Source: a virus
Lineage: Duplodnaviria; Caudoviricetes
Strand: one strand, 5' to 3'
Virus record (IMG/VR): IMGVR_UViG_3300034107_000262
Coordinates: 610-64,609 of that record
Length of the DNA: 64,000 nt
The translations under genes and the position numbers were made by a program. Of this stretch, positions 54,771-64,000 are shown one piece after another. Under the pieces are notes generated by a model that saw only the letters and a program-made list of their open reading frames with translations, did not search any database and had not been told where the DNA came from. The first letter of the stretch is position 1, and every line of letters starts with the position of its first letter.

Positions 54771-55022
54771 ATGCTTGCTGAGTTGCTCAAAGCGTTAACT
54801 CCTGAAATGTTAGTGCACGCTATTAAAACAAATCAGGCCCCTATTATGGCAGCTCTCCGGAATTTTGATGCATACAATTCTTTCGGAGCAGCATTGTCTG
54901 TAGAACAGCAAATATGTATTTCTAGTAACCTCCCGAAGGCTAACGACTTTTTTCTATCGAAAGATGGTAAAGAAGCGCTATCTATACTCGCTGAGGAATT
55001 TGTGACATTTTGTAGCAAATAG
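54771..55022 (+). CDS. hypothetical protein
   Basis: 83-aa ORF closing the operon. Confidence 0.6.
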   Translation: MLAELLKALTPEMLVHAIKTNQAPIMAALRNFDAYNSFGAALSVEQQICISSNLPKANDFFLSKDGKEALSILAEEFVTFCSK

Positions 55023-55025
55023 CAG

Positions 55026-55061
55026 AAAGCCCCCTAAACTAAATGTCTAGGGGGCTTTTTT
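55026..55061. terminator. bidirectional terminator between convergent units
   Basis: aaagcccccta...tagggggcttttt. Confidence 0.85.
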
Positions 55062-55063
55062 AC

Positions 55064-55231
55064 TTATTCAGTCTCTTTAGCTTCTAATGGAGCAAGCTGT
55101 GCTTTAGCACTATCTGTTATCTTCTGAGTAAGTGGATTACAGATTTTAGCAGGAAGTTCTTGTAATCCTGCTAAAATCATATTGATTTCGCTAAGTGTTA
55201 CTTCAAGGGTTAGTACTGGGTTTTCATTCAT
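55064..55231 (-). CDS. hypothetical protein (55 aa, absent from ORF track)
   Basis: MNENPVLTLEVTLSEINMILAGLQELPAKICNPLTQKI...; AGGA upstream. Confidence 0.6.
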   Translation of the reverse strand: MNENPVLTLEVTLSEINMILAGLQELPAKICNPLTQKITDSAKAQLAPLEAKETE

Positions 55232-55250
55232 TGTTTATATTTCCTAATAG

Positions 55251-57110
55251 TTATAAAATCTCACATCCGTCAGGACCTGAGCAGGCTAGTTCATTGCTTA
55301 AATCTACAGAACTACCATCCATTTCGAATACTTTACTAATATCTACTGCCTCTAGTAAAGGTAGCATTTCATAGTATTGTTCTTCAGTAATGTCCTCAAA
55401 AGGTAACTGAGGATAGGCGGCAGCCCCGAAATAAGGTAGAACTGAAATACCGTTATAGTGATCACGATTATCCCACATCCATCGAGTTAGTAGCTTCCAC
55501 TGATTATCCATTACTGAGATAGTGCAAGATACATTATGTTGATTAATACCATCACGGTGCCCTGGAGCAACCCAACGTACTGATACATCTTTGACTCGTT
55601 CTAGAAGTTCTAGCATATGCTCGCTGCGTACTTTAGCACCTACCGGAGCAGCTTGAGGGAAGCTAAGAACTACTTGATGGGCAACATTAACATCCTGTTC
55701 TACTAGGCCAGGTGCTGCTTTCATCATGTATTGCGCTAGTGCTTCATCTTTACCAGCACGCATCCTGCGAATGTAATAAGGAGCGTGCCAAGCATGAATT
55801 CCAGAGCTAGTACCTAGAACTAGAGACGTAGTTCCTGCGGGTTTCACGCAGGTAGTTCGTGCGGCTGGGTTGATTCCAATTCGCTCGGCCATATCTGCAT
55901 TCATAGTTTTTACATATTCTACAGCTTCACGCATATCAAGATTCTCTACTGTACCGCTAGCAATACCTGTCATAGATACTCCGATTAGAGCATCTTTCTC
56001 ACAAGCAATACGCCACTTAGGATTCAGATAGTGGAAGTCAGTATAGCCTGCTTGTAGAGTACCTAAGAAAGCAGCAGCACCTGCAGCATGGTTGAAATCC
56101 TCTTGAGTATAGATTTCACCAGCATTGATTTCTGTTAGATTACACATCTGGTAAGGCCGAAGTGCAATCTCGCAACAAGGATTAGTGCCCCAATCTTTGT
56201 TATTAGTCCAGTATACTCCAGGCTCCCCACAACCAGATTCTTCAATACGCTTCATTAGCTGAGTGAATTCAGCTTGTGTGACTTCATCTCGAGGAAGAAC
56301 TGCTGAGTTATTACTACGAGCACGTGCAGGATGGTTAATATACCATTCACCTGCTTTACATGCTAGCATTTCTTCATCATCACGGTCGAATAAACTAATC
56401 ATTGCTGCACGTCGAATACCGCCAGCTAATACTGCATCAGCAATAACGCAAGCCATATCATGAACTTCTAGCGGACGTAGTTTACGACCAATAGCTTTCC
56501 TAAGAATAACTTCTAGATTATTAATGCAAATACGTAGAGGTTCTGGACCTGGGGCTTGCCCACCAGTAGTGATTAGTTCTGCACCTTTTTCACGAATATC
56601 ACGGTAGTCAAAGATCGGTAGAGTACCTGCGTTGAAGAATGCCTTACATACTACCTTAACTGCATCGCTCCATCCTACGATGCTGTCTTGCACCTGAAAC
56701 TTGTATTCCTTATCAGACTCAGGAGTCTTGATTTTAGGCAATTTATTAACGTGTCGAGCTTGTACAGAGTACCCCATACCTGTCCCACCTAATAGAAGGA
56801 ACATTAGCTCTGAGAAAAACCTGGTTGACTCTGCTGGTGCATACGCACAATTGAAGATGCGATTCTCGGCCATAAGGATAGGACGCCCGCCGAACTGCAG
56901 GCTGCGCATACTAGGTAGAACCTTTTTAGTATGCACAAAGTTCTTATATACCGTATCAATGTCTTCTGCAATACCGGGATACTTGGTCTTATGCATTTCT
57001 GCATTACGGTTGACTATTTCAGTCCAAGACTCCCGCCGGCCTGCATTATGATTGAAACGCGCGTACTTATTAAATACGGTAATATCTGCTAGTGCTAATT
57101 TATCATTCAT
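55251..57110 (-). CDS. nrdJ: class II (adenosylcobalamin-dependent) ribonucleotide reductase
   Basis: LPSMRSLQFGG, FNC, GGIRRAAMI, GTNPCCEI, CNLTEI, TTCVKPAGTTS, C-terminal ELACSG..GCEI. Confidence 0.9.
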   Translation of the reverse strand: MNDKLALADITVFNKYARFNHNAGRRESWTEIVNRNAEMHKTKYPGIAEDIDTVYKNFVHTKKVLPSMRSLQFGGRPILMAENRIFNCAYAPAESTRFFSELMFLLLGGTGMGYSVQARHVNKLPKIKTPESDKEYKFQVQDSIVGWSDAVKVVCKAFFNAGTLPIFDYRDIREKGAELITTGGQAPGPEPLRICINNLEVILRKAIGRKLRPLEVHDMACVIADAVLAGGIRRAAMISLFDRDDEEMLACKAGEWYINHPARARSNNSAVLPRDEVTQAEFTQLMKRIEESGCGEPGVYWTNNKDWGTNPCCEIALRPYQMCNLTEINAGEIYTQEDFNHAAGAAAFLGTLQAGYTDFHYLNPKWRIACEKDALIGVSMTGIASGTVENLDMREAVEYVKTMNADMAERIGINPAARTTCVKPAGTTSLVLGTSSGIHAWHAPYYIRRMRAGKDEALAQYMMKAAPGLVEQDVNVAHQVVLSFPQAAPVGAKVRSEHMLELLERVKDVSVRWVAPGHRDGINQHNVSCTISVMDNQWKLLTRWMWDNRDHYNGISVLPYFGAAAYPQLPFEDITEEQYYEMLPLLEAVDISKVFEMDGSSVDLSNELACSGPDGCEIL

Positions 57111-57547
57111 TATTTAGTTCCTGTTGATCCGAATCCGTCAGCTCCACGCTCGGTATCTAACCAATCCGCGTCTGACATATTTACTAATTCTAGTGTTGGT
57201 AATGCAATAGGCATAATCACAATTTGCCCGATGCGATCATAGCGCTCGATAATATAATCCTGAGTGCTATAATTACATAAATTAATTTTTATATTTCCTC
57301 GATAAGATGAATCAATTACGCCCACGCAATTAGCCGGACTAACATTATGTTTCCCCATTCCGCTCCTTGCGAAAACAAGGCCAACGAAGCCCTCCGGAAT
57401 TTTGAAGGCTACTCCTGTATCAAAAAGTTTTGTCTCACCCGCAACTAGAATGTAAGGGATAGTTGAACGTAGATCTAAACCCGCATCAGTGGGATTAGCG
57501 CGGTTGGGTAGACATGCAATATCTGTTACTTTAGTTTGCAATTCCAT
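57110..57547 (-). CDS. dut: trimeric dUTPase
   Basis: DAGLDL, ARSG, GVIDSSYRG, DRIGQ, RGADGFGSTG. Confidence 0.92.
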   Translation of the reverse strand: MELQTKVTDIACLPNRANPTDAGLDLRSTIPYILVAGETKLFDTGVAFKIPEGFVGLVFARSGMGKHNVSPANCVGVIDSSYRGNIKINLCNYSTQDYIIERYDRIGQIVIMPIALPTLELVNMSDADWLDTERGADGFGSTGTK

Positions 57548-58394
57548 TAAGATATTTCTCCAAAACATGGTTGACTTTTTTGCAATTTTCTGGGCCGATT
57601 GCCTCGTCGCAGAACTCCATCAAGTCCATTAATTTATAGTTCAGCATCAGATTTTCTGCACCGAACGCGTTTAGATTCTGAATATATTTATACTTACTAG
57701 TAATAGGTAGGTTTGCTGCAATATCATACGCAGTACCATACGCACGTACTAGATCCAAAGCTTTCTTAGGGCCCACACCAGGAACTCCAAACACATTATC
57801 ACCAGAGTCACCTTGCAAGCATTTAATACTAATATACTCTTCTCTAGTAAATTCATAATGCTCTGCCCAATTATCCACAGTGAACTCTTTACGCGTGACA
57901 TAAGAGAATTGACTAACTCCCTCATCTACTAATAGATTCCAGTCACGATCTGAGCTAATCAACCATACCTGGTCAATCTCAAACTTCTTCTTATTCTTTA
58001 CGATTAGAGCAGCAATATCATCAGCTTCTGTCTTATCGAAACGAAATACTGGAAAATGAGTTGACTCTTCGTAGGATTCCATAACTCGGTTGAATTCTTC
58101 GAAGAAAAGCTCGAACTCTTTCTGCTCCTCAGGGGTCTGTAAAGCATGCTTATCTTTACGATTTTGCTTGTACTCAGGGTAAATAGCTTTACGATAGCTA
58201 CTAGAACCTGAATCACAAGTCATAACTACTTTACCCGCACCGTACGATTTACGCAGACTATCTACAGTGCGGATATAAGATTCTAGGAAATTTAGGTCTC
58301 CTGAATGTTTCCAGCGAAAGGCTAGATTAAGAGAATCTACGACCATTACAGTACGTGGGTTCAATTCTGTAATACTTGAGAATGTTTTAGCCAT
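57531..58394 (-). CDS. D15: flap endonuclease/5'-3' exonuclease (T5 D15-like)
   Basis: VDSLNLAFRWKH, YRK..PEYKQNR, EADD, LISSD.DW, LQGDSGDNV.GV.GVGPK. Confidence 0.9.
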   Translation of the reverse strand: MAKTFSSITELNPRTVMVVDSLNLAFRWKHSGDLNFLESYIRTVDSLRKSYGAGKVVMTCDSGSSSYRKAIYPEYKQNRKDKHALQTPEEQKEFELFFEEFNRVMESYEESTHFPVFRFDKTEADDIAALIVKNKKKFEIDQVWLISSDRDWNLLVDEGVSQFSYVTRKEFTVDNWAEHYEFTREEYISIKCLQGDSGDNVFGVPGVGPKKALDLVRAYGTAYDIAANLPITSKYKYIQNLNAFGAENLMLNYKLMDLMEFCDEAIGPENCKKVNHVLEKYLNGIAN

Positions 58395-58418
58395 AGTATG
58401 TTTTATTTAAGAATAATT

Positions 58419-58447
58419 ATTATAACAATAATGATAAAGAAAGTCAA
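58419..58447 (-). promoter_or_regulatory. promoter upstream of D15
   Basis: On the - strand TTGACT, 17 bp, TGtTATAAT. Confidence 0.75.
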
Positions 58448-58896
58448 GCTATGAATTTTGGTTTCTCATTTACAAGATAATCTTCTAGTAGAGATATAAA
58501 GAACTCGTGCTCGTCAATATGTATTAACATGTGCCTATAATCTGCGGAAGGTATTTCAGTAAAGGCTACAAATACTTTACTACGATCGTGTTTGAAGATC
58601 AAAATTGGCGCTTTATTAACCTGAATTCCCTGTCGTATGGCCTGCTTCCACCATTCGATAAGCTGAGGATTCTTATTAGTTAATAGACCACTATTGATAT
58701 GATCGTCCTTATAGTGCTTAACTTCTACACAATAGAGATTCTTCTCGTTGGGAACATATAAATCTCCTTTCAATCCGTGTTTCTCATTAAGAGCACCCGA
58801 ACCTGGAGTACGTTCCCAATTCAATCCTGTAGCTTTTCTTAGCACATCTCTAATAACTGACTCTGCTCTAGCTCCTTTATCCCTACTATCTACCAT
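58444..58896 (-). CDS. D14: T5 D14-like PD-(D/E)xK nuclease/resolvase
   Basis: DSRDKGARAE..RD.LR..TGL.WERTPGSGA, KGDLY, CVEVKHYKD, WW.Q. Confidence 0.85.
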   Translation of the reverse strand: MVDSRDKGARAESVIRDVLRKATGLNWERTPGSGALNEKHGLKGDLYVPNEKNLYCVEVKHYKDDHINSGLLTNKNPQLIEWWKQAIRQGIQVNKAPILIFKHDRSKVFVAFTEIPSADYRHMLIHIDEHEFFISLLEDYLVNEKPKFIA

Positions 58897-58897
58897 G

Positions 58898-59461
58898 TTA
58901 ATTCTTTCTAAGGATAAACTCTATAGCGCACTCCGGGCCATAAGTAGGGCCTGTTTGATCTATATGTTTGGGTGCATCAAAATTAAAATTATCCTCTATA
59001 CGTGCTAGACTAATAATTTCTGTATCTTTCCATACTAATTTTAATAGGTCTGATACGTTAATAGATTTAGGTAATCTAGCATTACCACTATAGATTTTAA
59101 ATGACCATTTATGATCTGTATTAAATACAGAAGGCCAGATTCTATGTTCGTATAAATCTTCTTCAGGAATAGTAACTACAATATACCCTCCTGGAGAGCA
59201 TACGCGAACCCAGTGTTTTATAGCTACTTTAGGATCAACCATATGTTCTAGACAATGAGAACTATGTACGAAATTAAACTTATTATCAGGTACAGAGGCC
59301 AAGTACTGCGCATCACCATCTTTTAAATCCCAGTTATACGCATCGAAACCATGTTTACTAATACAGTCCGGTCCGGCACCTATATCTATACCGGAACCTT
59401 TAAATAACTTATTGTTTAGCTCAGTACCTCTACGGTTAATAGCTTTTGTAGCCTCATCCAT
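58898..59461 (-). CDS. class I SAM-dependent methyltransferase
   Basis: GIDIGAG, FVHSSHCLEH, WVRVCSPGG, EDLYE...WPS.FN.DHK. Confidence 0.8.
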   Translation of the reverse strand: MDEATKAINRRGTELNNKLFKGSGIDIGAGPDCISKHGFDAYNWDLKDGDAQYLASVPDNKFNFVHSSHCLEHMVDPKVAIKHWVRVCSPGGYIVVTIPEEDLYEHRIWPSVFNTDHKWSFKIYSGNARLPKSINVSDLLKLVWKDTEIISLARIEDNFNFDAPKHIDQTGPTYGPECAIEFILRKN

Positions 59462-61251
59462 TATTCAATCCTTGATATGTTTTTAGTTTTAATTACCTGA
59501 ATCTTCTCTAATAGGGGATGGCTAAAACCATGACTTATTACAAATGTATTTAAGTGTTCTTCTGCTAGCAATACTTCTACTAGCTTCTCTTTACCTTCTG
59601 TATCTAGATTCTCAATAGTCTCGTCTAGGATAAGCAGATTGATTCTACTATTACTAAGAGACTGCATAAGTTTGCGAATCCCCAGCAATGCTGCTGCATT
59701 TACGCGCGCGCGCTCTCCACCACTAAGTGCAATAATATCAATATCTTTGCCATTATCTGTGATAATTACATTAAGTTTATCAGATGCAGCGATCTTGAAA
59801 CTGATCTGAAATCTACCAGACGAAAGCTCTGCTAGATACTTATTAGTAGTTTCTTCTAGATCTTTAATGAGACACTCGATCTTATATGCTACTAAGCCCG
59901 TGGAACTAAATGTCTTAACTAATACCTGGAGGGTACTAAGTCTAGAAGATACTGCAGCTAGTTCGGCACGATGAGTCTCTAGCTCATCGTGCATCTCCTG
60001 CATTTGCGTTCTAACTAACTCAACTTTAGCATTATGAGCTAGAGCAGTATTGTTATACTCTGTAGCATCTCTAATTGCTTTATTTACTTTAGTTATGGTA
60101 GCTTCATGTTCTTTGATAATAGCATCTAGATTATCTTTATTAAGTAATTCTTCAGTTAACTCAGGATTATAAAGACCATGATATTCTTCATATAGTTCTT
60201 TACTAGTATTCTTGATTTCCCAAGCTGCCAAAGCTGTTTCAATTAGAGCAATCTTATCAGATACACTCTTAACACTTTTCTGAGAAATTAGCTTGATAGA
60301 TGCTTGATCTGAGATAATTGTTGCAACTTTGTCAGCATCAATATCCTGTAGACACGTGGGGCAGGATGCCCCTAGTTTCTTCATTTTTAGGATGAAAGCA
60401 TCTGCGCTTTTAATAGCAGAATTATGTTCTATTAACTCTGTATCTAGAAGTTTAGTAGATTCAGGTTTAAGTCCTGCGGGCTCTAAACTTATACTATCAC
60501 GAAGCTCTTTATACTTATTGTTCTGAATTACTTTCTTATTCAGAGTATCTATATTCTTAATACTCTCTTTAGTAGTGGTAACTTCTTCTGTTAACTGTGT
60601 AGGAGTATTAGGTACTTCTACAAAAGATTTCTCTATTAAGGGAGTCTTTGTATACTTAGCTATCCATGTCTCTGCACTAGTAGCTTTAGTACTGTAGATA
60701 GTTACTTGCTCATTAACTTCCTTAGTAGCCGCTTTGAAGATCTCTGCCGCATCTACATACTTGGATAAGTTAAGTAGATCTATTAGGAACTTCTTACGGT
60801 TAGAATCTGTAGCAGTTAGAAACTCAAGGCTAGCAGCGCTACTCTGGTATACGATCTGTGCGAAAGTCTTATGATCGTAGCCTATTAATTCTTCTATTAA
60901 TTTATATGTATTAGTAGCAGTATGCGCGCTAATATCTACATCTTCTTTATAGAGCTTTACAGTTTGAGTATTACCGCGATTAGTCTTAATACGGTAATTA
61001 GTACCGTCTTTATTGAATTCTAGATCAATAGAATAGCTCTTAGCATTAGAATTACGATTAAGAATATCTGCCTTCTTGATACCCTTAGAGTTCTTATTAT
61101 ATAATGCTTCTTCTAAAATTAAAGCGATGCTACTCTTACCATGCCCATTCTTACCCACAATCTGAGTCAAAGCGTCTGCGCTGAAGTCTATTTCATTATC
61201 TTCGCCATACGAGAATAAATTACTCCAGCATAACTTTTTAATTGTAATCAT
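59461..61251 (-). CDS. D13: SbcC/Rad50-like recombination ATPase (T5 D13)
   Basis: GKNGHGKS, Q-loop VYQ, zinc hook CPTC, LSGGE, LILDE, ISH. Confidence 0.92.
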   Translation of the reverse strand: MITIKKLCWSNLFSYGEDNEIDFSADALTQIVGKNGHGKSSIALILEEALYNKNSKGIKKADILNRNSNAKSYSIDLEFNKDGTNYRIKTNRGNTQTVKLYKEDVDISAHTATNTYKLIEELIGYDHKTFAQIVYQSSAASLEFLTATDSNRKKFLIDLLNLSKYVDAAEIFKAATKEVNEQVTIYSTKATSAETWIAKYTKTPLIEKSFVEVPNTPTQLTEEVTTTKESIKNIDTLNKKVIQNNKYKELRDSISLEPAGLKPESTKLLDTELIEHNSAIKSADAFILKMKKLGASCPTCLQDIDADKVATIISDQASIKLISQKSVKSVSDKIALIETALAAWEIKNTSKELYEEYHGLYNPELTEELLNKDNLDAIIKEHEATITKVNKAIRDATEYNNTALAHNAKVELVRTQMQEMHDELETHRAELAAVSSRLSTLQVLVKTFSSTGLVAYKIECLIKDLEETTNKYLAELSSGRFQISFKIAASDKLNVIITDNGKDIDIIALSGGERARVNAAALLGIRKLMQSLSNSRINLLILDETIENLDTEGKEKLVEVLLAEEHLNTFVISHGFSHPLLEKIQVIKTKNISRIE

Positions 61252-61490
61252 TTTGCTAAATACGCAGATAACTGAGGAAAGCCCCCAATATACTCGCCAT
61301 CAACAAAGATCTGAGGTACAGATTTAGCATCTGGAACCGCATCTATTAGATCTTTCTTAGTCCACTTATTCCCCTCACCAATCTTGCGCTCTTCGACTTC
61401 ATACCCATTAAGATGTAAAAGGCGTTTTGCAGAAATACATGCTGCACAGTTGTCTTGACTATAGACTATACTAGTTTTTAATAAGCTCAT
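61248..61490 (-). CDS. glutaredoxin-like protein
   Basis: VYS..CAAC..AK.LL, SVPQIFVDGEYIGGF. Confidence 0.85.
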   Translation of the reverse strand: MSLLKTSIVYSQDNCAACISAKRLLHLNGYEVEERKIGEGNKWTKKDLIDAVPDAKSVPQIFVDGEYIGGFPQLSAYLAK

Positions 61491-62427
61491 TTGCATAATT
61501 ATTTAGTTCCTGTAATGCATCCTCGACCGCACTATCACTTAACTGTAGTACGTATCTTAGATATTCGTTGACTTCTTCTTCTAGCGTTAAATCTGGTGCT
61601 AGAATTAATGTAGTATCTGTGTCTCGTTTAATAATCTTCTTGTCGATCAAATCACTATCTGCTAGGGCACCTAGTTCTGACATATCACCTTCAATCTCGT
61701 AGATTGTATGATGATATTCCGTAGGCTGCATTGGCTCTCCAGCTTTAATAGTTTTCCTAATAAGCTGTGGAAGTTTTAGAGTTATGTGCTGATGAGACAT
61801 ACTGATAAAGTCAAACAACACAACACCTGTATCCACAGTATGCCTGTGGAAACTAGTAGTAAGAGGAGACCCAGGATAAAGAATATTTCTTTGCGAGTTT
61901 TCATATGCGTGTAAATCACCGGCTAAAACGACTTCCCATTTATCGAAGATAGATAGGTCTACTTCTGGTTTAACATGTGGAGGAATCTCTCCTCTAACAT
62001 GAGTACATAGCATAGTTCCAGTAAACTTATGCCCGTCTTTCTCAAAGTGTTTTAGTTTATTATAGGGTATAAAATCAATACTTTCATAACTAAAGTAATC
62101 GTCAATAACCTCTACTAAAGGATTAATCCAGTTAGTTACATCCTTGAAGTTAGTAAAGAATGTACCATGCTTAGTAGTAGATTCATGATTGCCGCTATAG
62201 ATGAATGTCTTAATTGGGATAGCTTTTACTAAACTAAAATATAGTTCTAGTTCTTCTGCGGAGGGATACTTATCCCAAATATCTCCGCCAATAATTAAAA
62301 GGTCTGCCTGTGCACATATCTCAACTAATTGATCCTGAAACATTTTGTAGCGGTTCTTAGCCCATTCTACAGGTACATGTTTCTGTCCTAATTTGTAATG
62401 AATATCTGCCGTGAATAATACTTTCAT
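61471..62427 (-). CDS. D12: SbcD/Mre11-like nuclease (T5 D12)
   Basis: FTADIH, GGDIWD, GNHE, THVRGEIPPHV, GDLH, YPGSP. Confidence 0.92.
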   Translation of the reverse strand: MKVLFTADIHYKLGQKHVPVEWAKNRYKMFQDQLVEICAQADLLIIGGDIWDKYPSAEELELYFSLVKAIPIKTFIYSGNHESTTKHGTFFTNFKDVTNWINPLVEVIDDYFSYESIDFIPYNKLKHFEKDGHKFTGTMLCTHVRGEIPPHVKPEVDLSIFDKWEVVLAGDLHAYENSQRNILYPGSPLTTSFHRHTVDTGVVLFDFISMSHQHITLKLPQLIRKTIKAGEPMQPTEYHHTIYEIEGDMSELGALADSDLIDKKIIKRDTDTTLILAPDLTLEEEVNEYLRYVLQLSDSAVEDALQELNNYANELIKN

Positions 62428-62441
62428 TTGCTCTCCAGAAC

Positions 62442-62477
62442 AAAAAGCCCCCAGAGTGTTTATTTCTGGGGGCTTTT
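62442..62477 (-). terminator. intrinsic terminator after D11
   Basis: aaaagcccccaga...tctgggggctttt. Confidence 0.75.
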
Positions 62478-62478
62478 A

Positions 62479-63117
62479 TCAGCCTAGTTCTTTAACTGCT
62501 TCACCATCTGCAGACTCGTCAGCAGCCTCATCGACTCCTGAAGTAATCTTCTCTAGTGCTGCTTTGATTTCATCAGCGGTAGGACGGATAAACTTGCTAT
62601 CAATATCTTCCGCCTTTTCAGCTACAGCACGCTCGTCGGCACTTAGCTTGCGCTTCTTGCACTTTAGAACTGAAAGGGTGTACTCGACATTGAAGGGCAG
62701 AGGCCCGGTCTTAACACGCTTGAAGACTACATCCCAGCCACTATCCATATCAGTAGGATCGCCCAGATCTTCAGCAGCAGAAAGAATCTGCTCAAAGAGC
62801 TTCTTCTTGAGATTAAGCGCCTTGACTTTGCCATCGCTAGGGTCGATACAGTTAATAGAATAAGCCCATGAGCACTTCTTATCTGGGAAGAAGCTGGGGA
62901 CGTGGTCAACTTCGGTATTCGTGAACTTTTCCTTTTCACGATCGAAGGCTAGACACTCTAGTGGAATATCCTTGTTATTAGTGCCTTTGACCCAGTACAC
63001 ATAGCGGGGTAGAACACCACCGACTAGACGCAGCGTATTGTCGCCGTCTTTATATGTGTATGACTCAACTGACTTCTTAACTGCCTTACCCTTGGTTGAA
63101 TTGAAAGCTAGTGCCAT
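62479..63117 (-). CDS. D11: T5 D11-like single-stranded DNA-binding protein
   Basis: RLVGGVLPRYVYW, ECLAFDREKE.F, LKKK..EQI, TGP..FNVEY; acidic C-terminus. Confidence 0.85.
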   Translation of the reverse strand: MALAFNSTKGKAVKKSVESYTYKDGDNTLRLVGGVLPRYVYWVKGTNNKDIPLECLAFDREKEKFTNTEVDHVPSFFPDKKCSWAYSINCIDPSDGKVKALNLKKKLFEQILSAAEDLGDPTDMDSGWDVVFKRVKTGPLPFNVEYTLSVLKCKKRKLSADERAVAEKAEDIDSKFIRPTADEIKAALEKITSGVDEAADESADGEAVKELG

Positions 63118-63502
63118 TGTATAATTCCTCGTATTTGAAAAGTATTTGTTTATTTAATACATTAAGTATTGGATTTGATTTTATCTTAGCCAGATTTAAG
63201 TCTGGAAAGAAAGATATATCGAGCGTTATTAATTTATGTGTTTTGTAAAGAGCCCAATCTCGCATACCTGCTAATTTTATATACTGAACCAAGTAGTTAA
63301 TATCTATGTTATGGATATTGAAAATAGGTTCAGGATTTAATATAAAACTATAACCTCTCAGCGGTAGTTTACTTGGCTTGTATTTAGATTTTGCACTGGA
63401 AGGTATAGACCCTCGATAGTGATACTCTAATACAGCCAGAAACTTGATTGGGTCGTTTGCTGCTTCCTTTTCTAGATTACCTAAGTTGAAGAATAAACCC
63501 AT
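63086..63502 (-). CDS. conserved T5-like hypothetical protein
   Basis: LFFN, G.SFILNP, QYI.LA..R..A.Y, NP.L...I.FKYE; between D10 and D11. Confidence 0.65.
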   Translation of the reverse strand: MGLFFNLGNLEKEAANDPIKFLAVLEYHYRGSIPSSAKSKYKPSKLPLRGYSFILNPEPIFNIHNIDINYLVQYIKLAGMRDWALYKTHKLITLDISFFPDLNLAKIKSNPILNVLNKQILFKYEELYNGTSFQFNQG

Positions 63503-63522
63503 ATCTCGACTTTCTAAAGAAT

Positions 63523-63551
63523 ATTATAGCAGTTTAGCACTCTATGCGCAA
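63523..63551 (-). promoter_or_regulatory. promoter
   Basis: On the - strand TTGCGC, 17 bp, TGcTATAAT. Confidence 0.6.
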
Positions 63552-63562
63552 CTCTAAATTTA

Positions 63563-64000
63563 TTAATGCATTTCAATTTCCCACCCTTTACTAGCATAGA
63601 ATGCGAGCCTAGCTCCATTCTGTCTACGCTCAGCACCACTGCTGAAGTTTAGATCTAGTACAACAGGATCTAACTTCTCGGGATGCATCCGCATAATACG
63701 ACCAATAACCTGTTCTAGAGAAATTGGGTTTGAAGTTGGTACTGCAAGAATTACACAACTTAATCGGTTTATTGAGATGCCTTCTGAAAAGATTTGTCTG
63801 CTACCAGCAACGCACATCTTTTCTCCGGATTCGACTTGCTCAATAAGAGCTTTTCGTTCCTCGTAGTCGGTTTCGCCTGTAATAAGTATGCAACTTGAGC
63901 CAATGTAATCCTTAATTTTGTTTAGAAATTCTACGCGATCAGCCACAACTAAAACACAGTGGCCTTTCTCTATTTGAGTTAAAGCTAATGCTGAGACAAA
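63563..64000 (-). CDS. D10: SF2 helicase (T5 D10-like), C-terminal part; gene runs off the window
   Basis: DRVEFL, IFSEGIS, LEQVIGRIMR helicase motifs V/VI. Confidence 0.85.
   Translation of the reverse strand, partial: FVSALALTQIEKGHCVLVVADRVEFLNKIKDYIGSSCILITGETDYEERKALIEQVESGEKMCVAGSRQIFSEGISINRLSCVILAVPTSNPISLEQVIGRIMRMHPEKLDPVVLDLNFSSGAERRQNGARLAFYASKGWEIEMH

Noticed and set aside
1-64000. Stop-codon reassignment, tRNAs, integrase
   Set aside because: Genes are full length in the standard code with all three stops used; no cloverleaf or recombinase recognised by eye

Overview
About 64 kb of a lytic T5-like (Demerecviridae-related) siphophage infecting a Gram-negative host, as shown by its two-component spanins. 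Positions 1-900 are a GC-rich, probably pre-early/terminal-repeat segment. It holds duplicated promoter-leader cassettes driving an AcrIII-1/DUF1874-like ring nuclease and a small orphan gene, followed by a repeat- and palindrome-rich probable genome-end region. The + strand then carries T5-type packaging and head genes: TerS, an inserted TPR-glycosyltransferase, TerL, GIY-YIG, HNH nickase, portal, and a protease fused in frame to the major capsid protein. Neck and tail genes follow, with a -1 frameshifted chaperone, a very long tape measure and a non-T5 tail tip carrying several fibre cassettes. Next come three 7-bladed RCC1 propeller genes built from 21 near-identical 150-nt units with hypervariable codons, a methyltransferase/glycosyltransferase/sulfotransferase/GmhD cluster, a lysis cassette and PhoH. 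A self-contained six-gene collagen/BclA-like plus coiled-coil operon of unknown function ends the + strand. The - strand carries T5-like replication/recombination genes (D10 helicase partial, D11, D12, D13, D14, D15, dUTPase) and a class II ribonucleotide reductase. All family calls are from motif recognition, not database searches.
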